Shown in pieces: positions 63,903 through 64,000 of a stretch of DNA of 64,000 bases. Each line of letters starts with the position of its first letter. Positions within the stretch are counted from its first letter, which is position 1. The notes beneath the pieces are model-generated. The model saw nothing but the letters and a program-made list of their open reading frames with translations, was not told the DNA's origin and searched no databases. Origin of the DNA: Clostridium sp. CAG:343. GTDB lineage: Bacteria > Bacillota > Clostridia > Lachnospirales > Lachnospiraceae. The translations under genes and the position numbers were made by a program. Location: NCBI GenBank assembly GCA_963634745.1, contig CAVHCX010000003.1, positions 66,435 through 130,434 on the forward strand, in the 5' to 3' direction.

Positions 63903-64000
63903 CTATTTGTAAATTCCATTTAAGGTTACTGTAAATGTGACAGCTTTTCCCGCCAGGTCTGAATTTCCATAATTTTCCGGGAAGGTCAGGTTCAGATCAA
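63903..64000 (-). CDS. 3' end of an FKBP-type PPIase / trigger-factor-PPIase-like gene (runs off window end)
   Basis: Hand translation of the minus strand gives ...[31 protein letters not shown]. The FPExY...LAGKxxxFxVxL pattern resembles FKBP/trigger-factor PPIase domains. Only 32 codons are visible. Confidence 0.35.
   Translation of the reverse strand, partial: DLNLTFPENYGNSDLAGKAVTFTVTLNGIYK

Noticed and set aside
1-64000. Search for tRNA, rRNA, CRISPR arrays, IS elements/transposases, integrases, prophage or toxin-antitoxin pairs
   Set aside because: I recognised no cloverleaf-like or rRNA-like segments, no regularly spaced repeat arrays, and no transposase, integrase or recombinase-like ORFs. 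The only repeats seen are the short regulatory ones listed above.

Overview
The window looks like a chromosomal segment from a Clostridia-type (Lachnospiraceae-like) gut anaerobe. It is densely coding and mostly on the minus strand. All family calls come from motifs read by eye in the supplied translations; no searches were run. I found no rRNA, tRNA, CRISPR array, transposase or integrase.

Gene content, left to right:
1. trpE-trpG-trpD-trpC' operon behind a Trp-specific T-box leader that the ORF track does not show.
2. A YitT-family membrane protein.
3. A heat-shock block (hsp20, a zinc-finger-less DnaJ/CbpA-like protein, clpB) with two CIRCE-like operators that enclose the -35 box.
4. A lower-GC patch holding head-to-head remnants of a MATE pump and a LysR regulator, both missing their 5' ends.
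5. An ~18 kb locus for importing and breaking down xyloglucan oligosaccharides. It carries a YesM/YesN-type two-component system, an LplABC-type ABC importer, a DUF624 protein, GH94 cellobiose phosphorylase, GH3, GH31 alpha-xylosidase, GH42 beta-galactosidase and an AraC regulator.
6. An AAA-ATPase_like/PD-(D/E)XK protein behind an 18-bp perfect palindrome, next to a decayed cytidylate-kinase-like gene.
7. An ~18 kb myo-inositol catabolic supercluster: iolC-D-B, Fe-ADH, a DapA-like gene, iolJ-A; then LacI, an orphan sugar-binding lipoprotein, a histidine kinase and an AraC-type response regulator; then iolE-iolG and a GPH-type MFS transporter.
8. An orphan Hpt protein, an atypical membrane Ser/Thr kinase, a divergent HTH protein, an internally duplicated lipoprotein and small membrane/lipoproteins.
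9. Rubrerythrin and a MATE pump.
10. Xaa-Pro aminopeptidase downstream of oppABCDF.
11. A well-signalled 64-aa ORF and the 3' end of an FKBP-like gene.

The most interesting material is in the inositol cluster. A bona fide-looking DHDPS (DapA) paralog and an iron alcohol dehydrogenase sit inside the iol operon. A binding-protein-dependent two-component sensor is embedded between the two iol operons. A reiterated (A/C)(A/G)CACGCAA / TTGCGTG(T/C) motif covers the iolC promoter and leader and recurs as a palindrome in front of the LacI gene.
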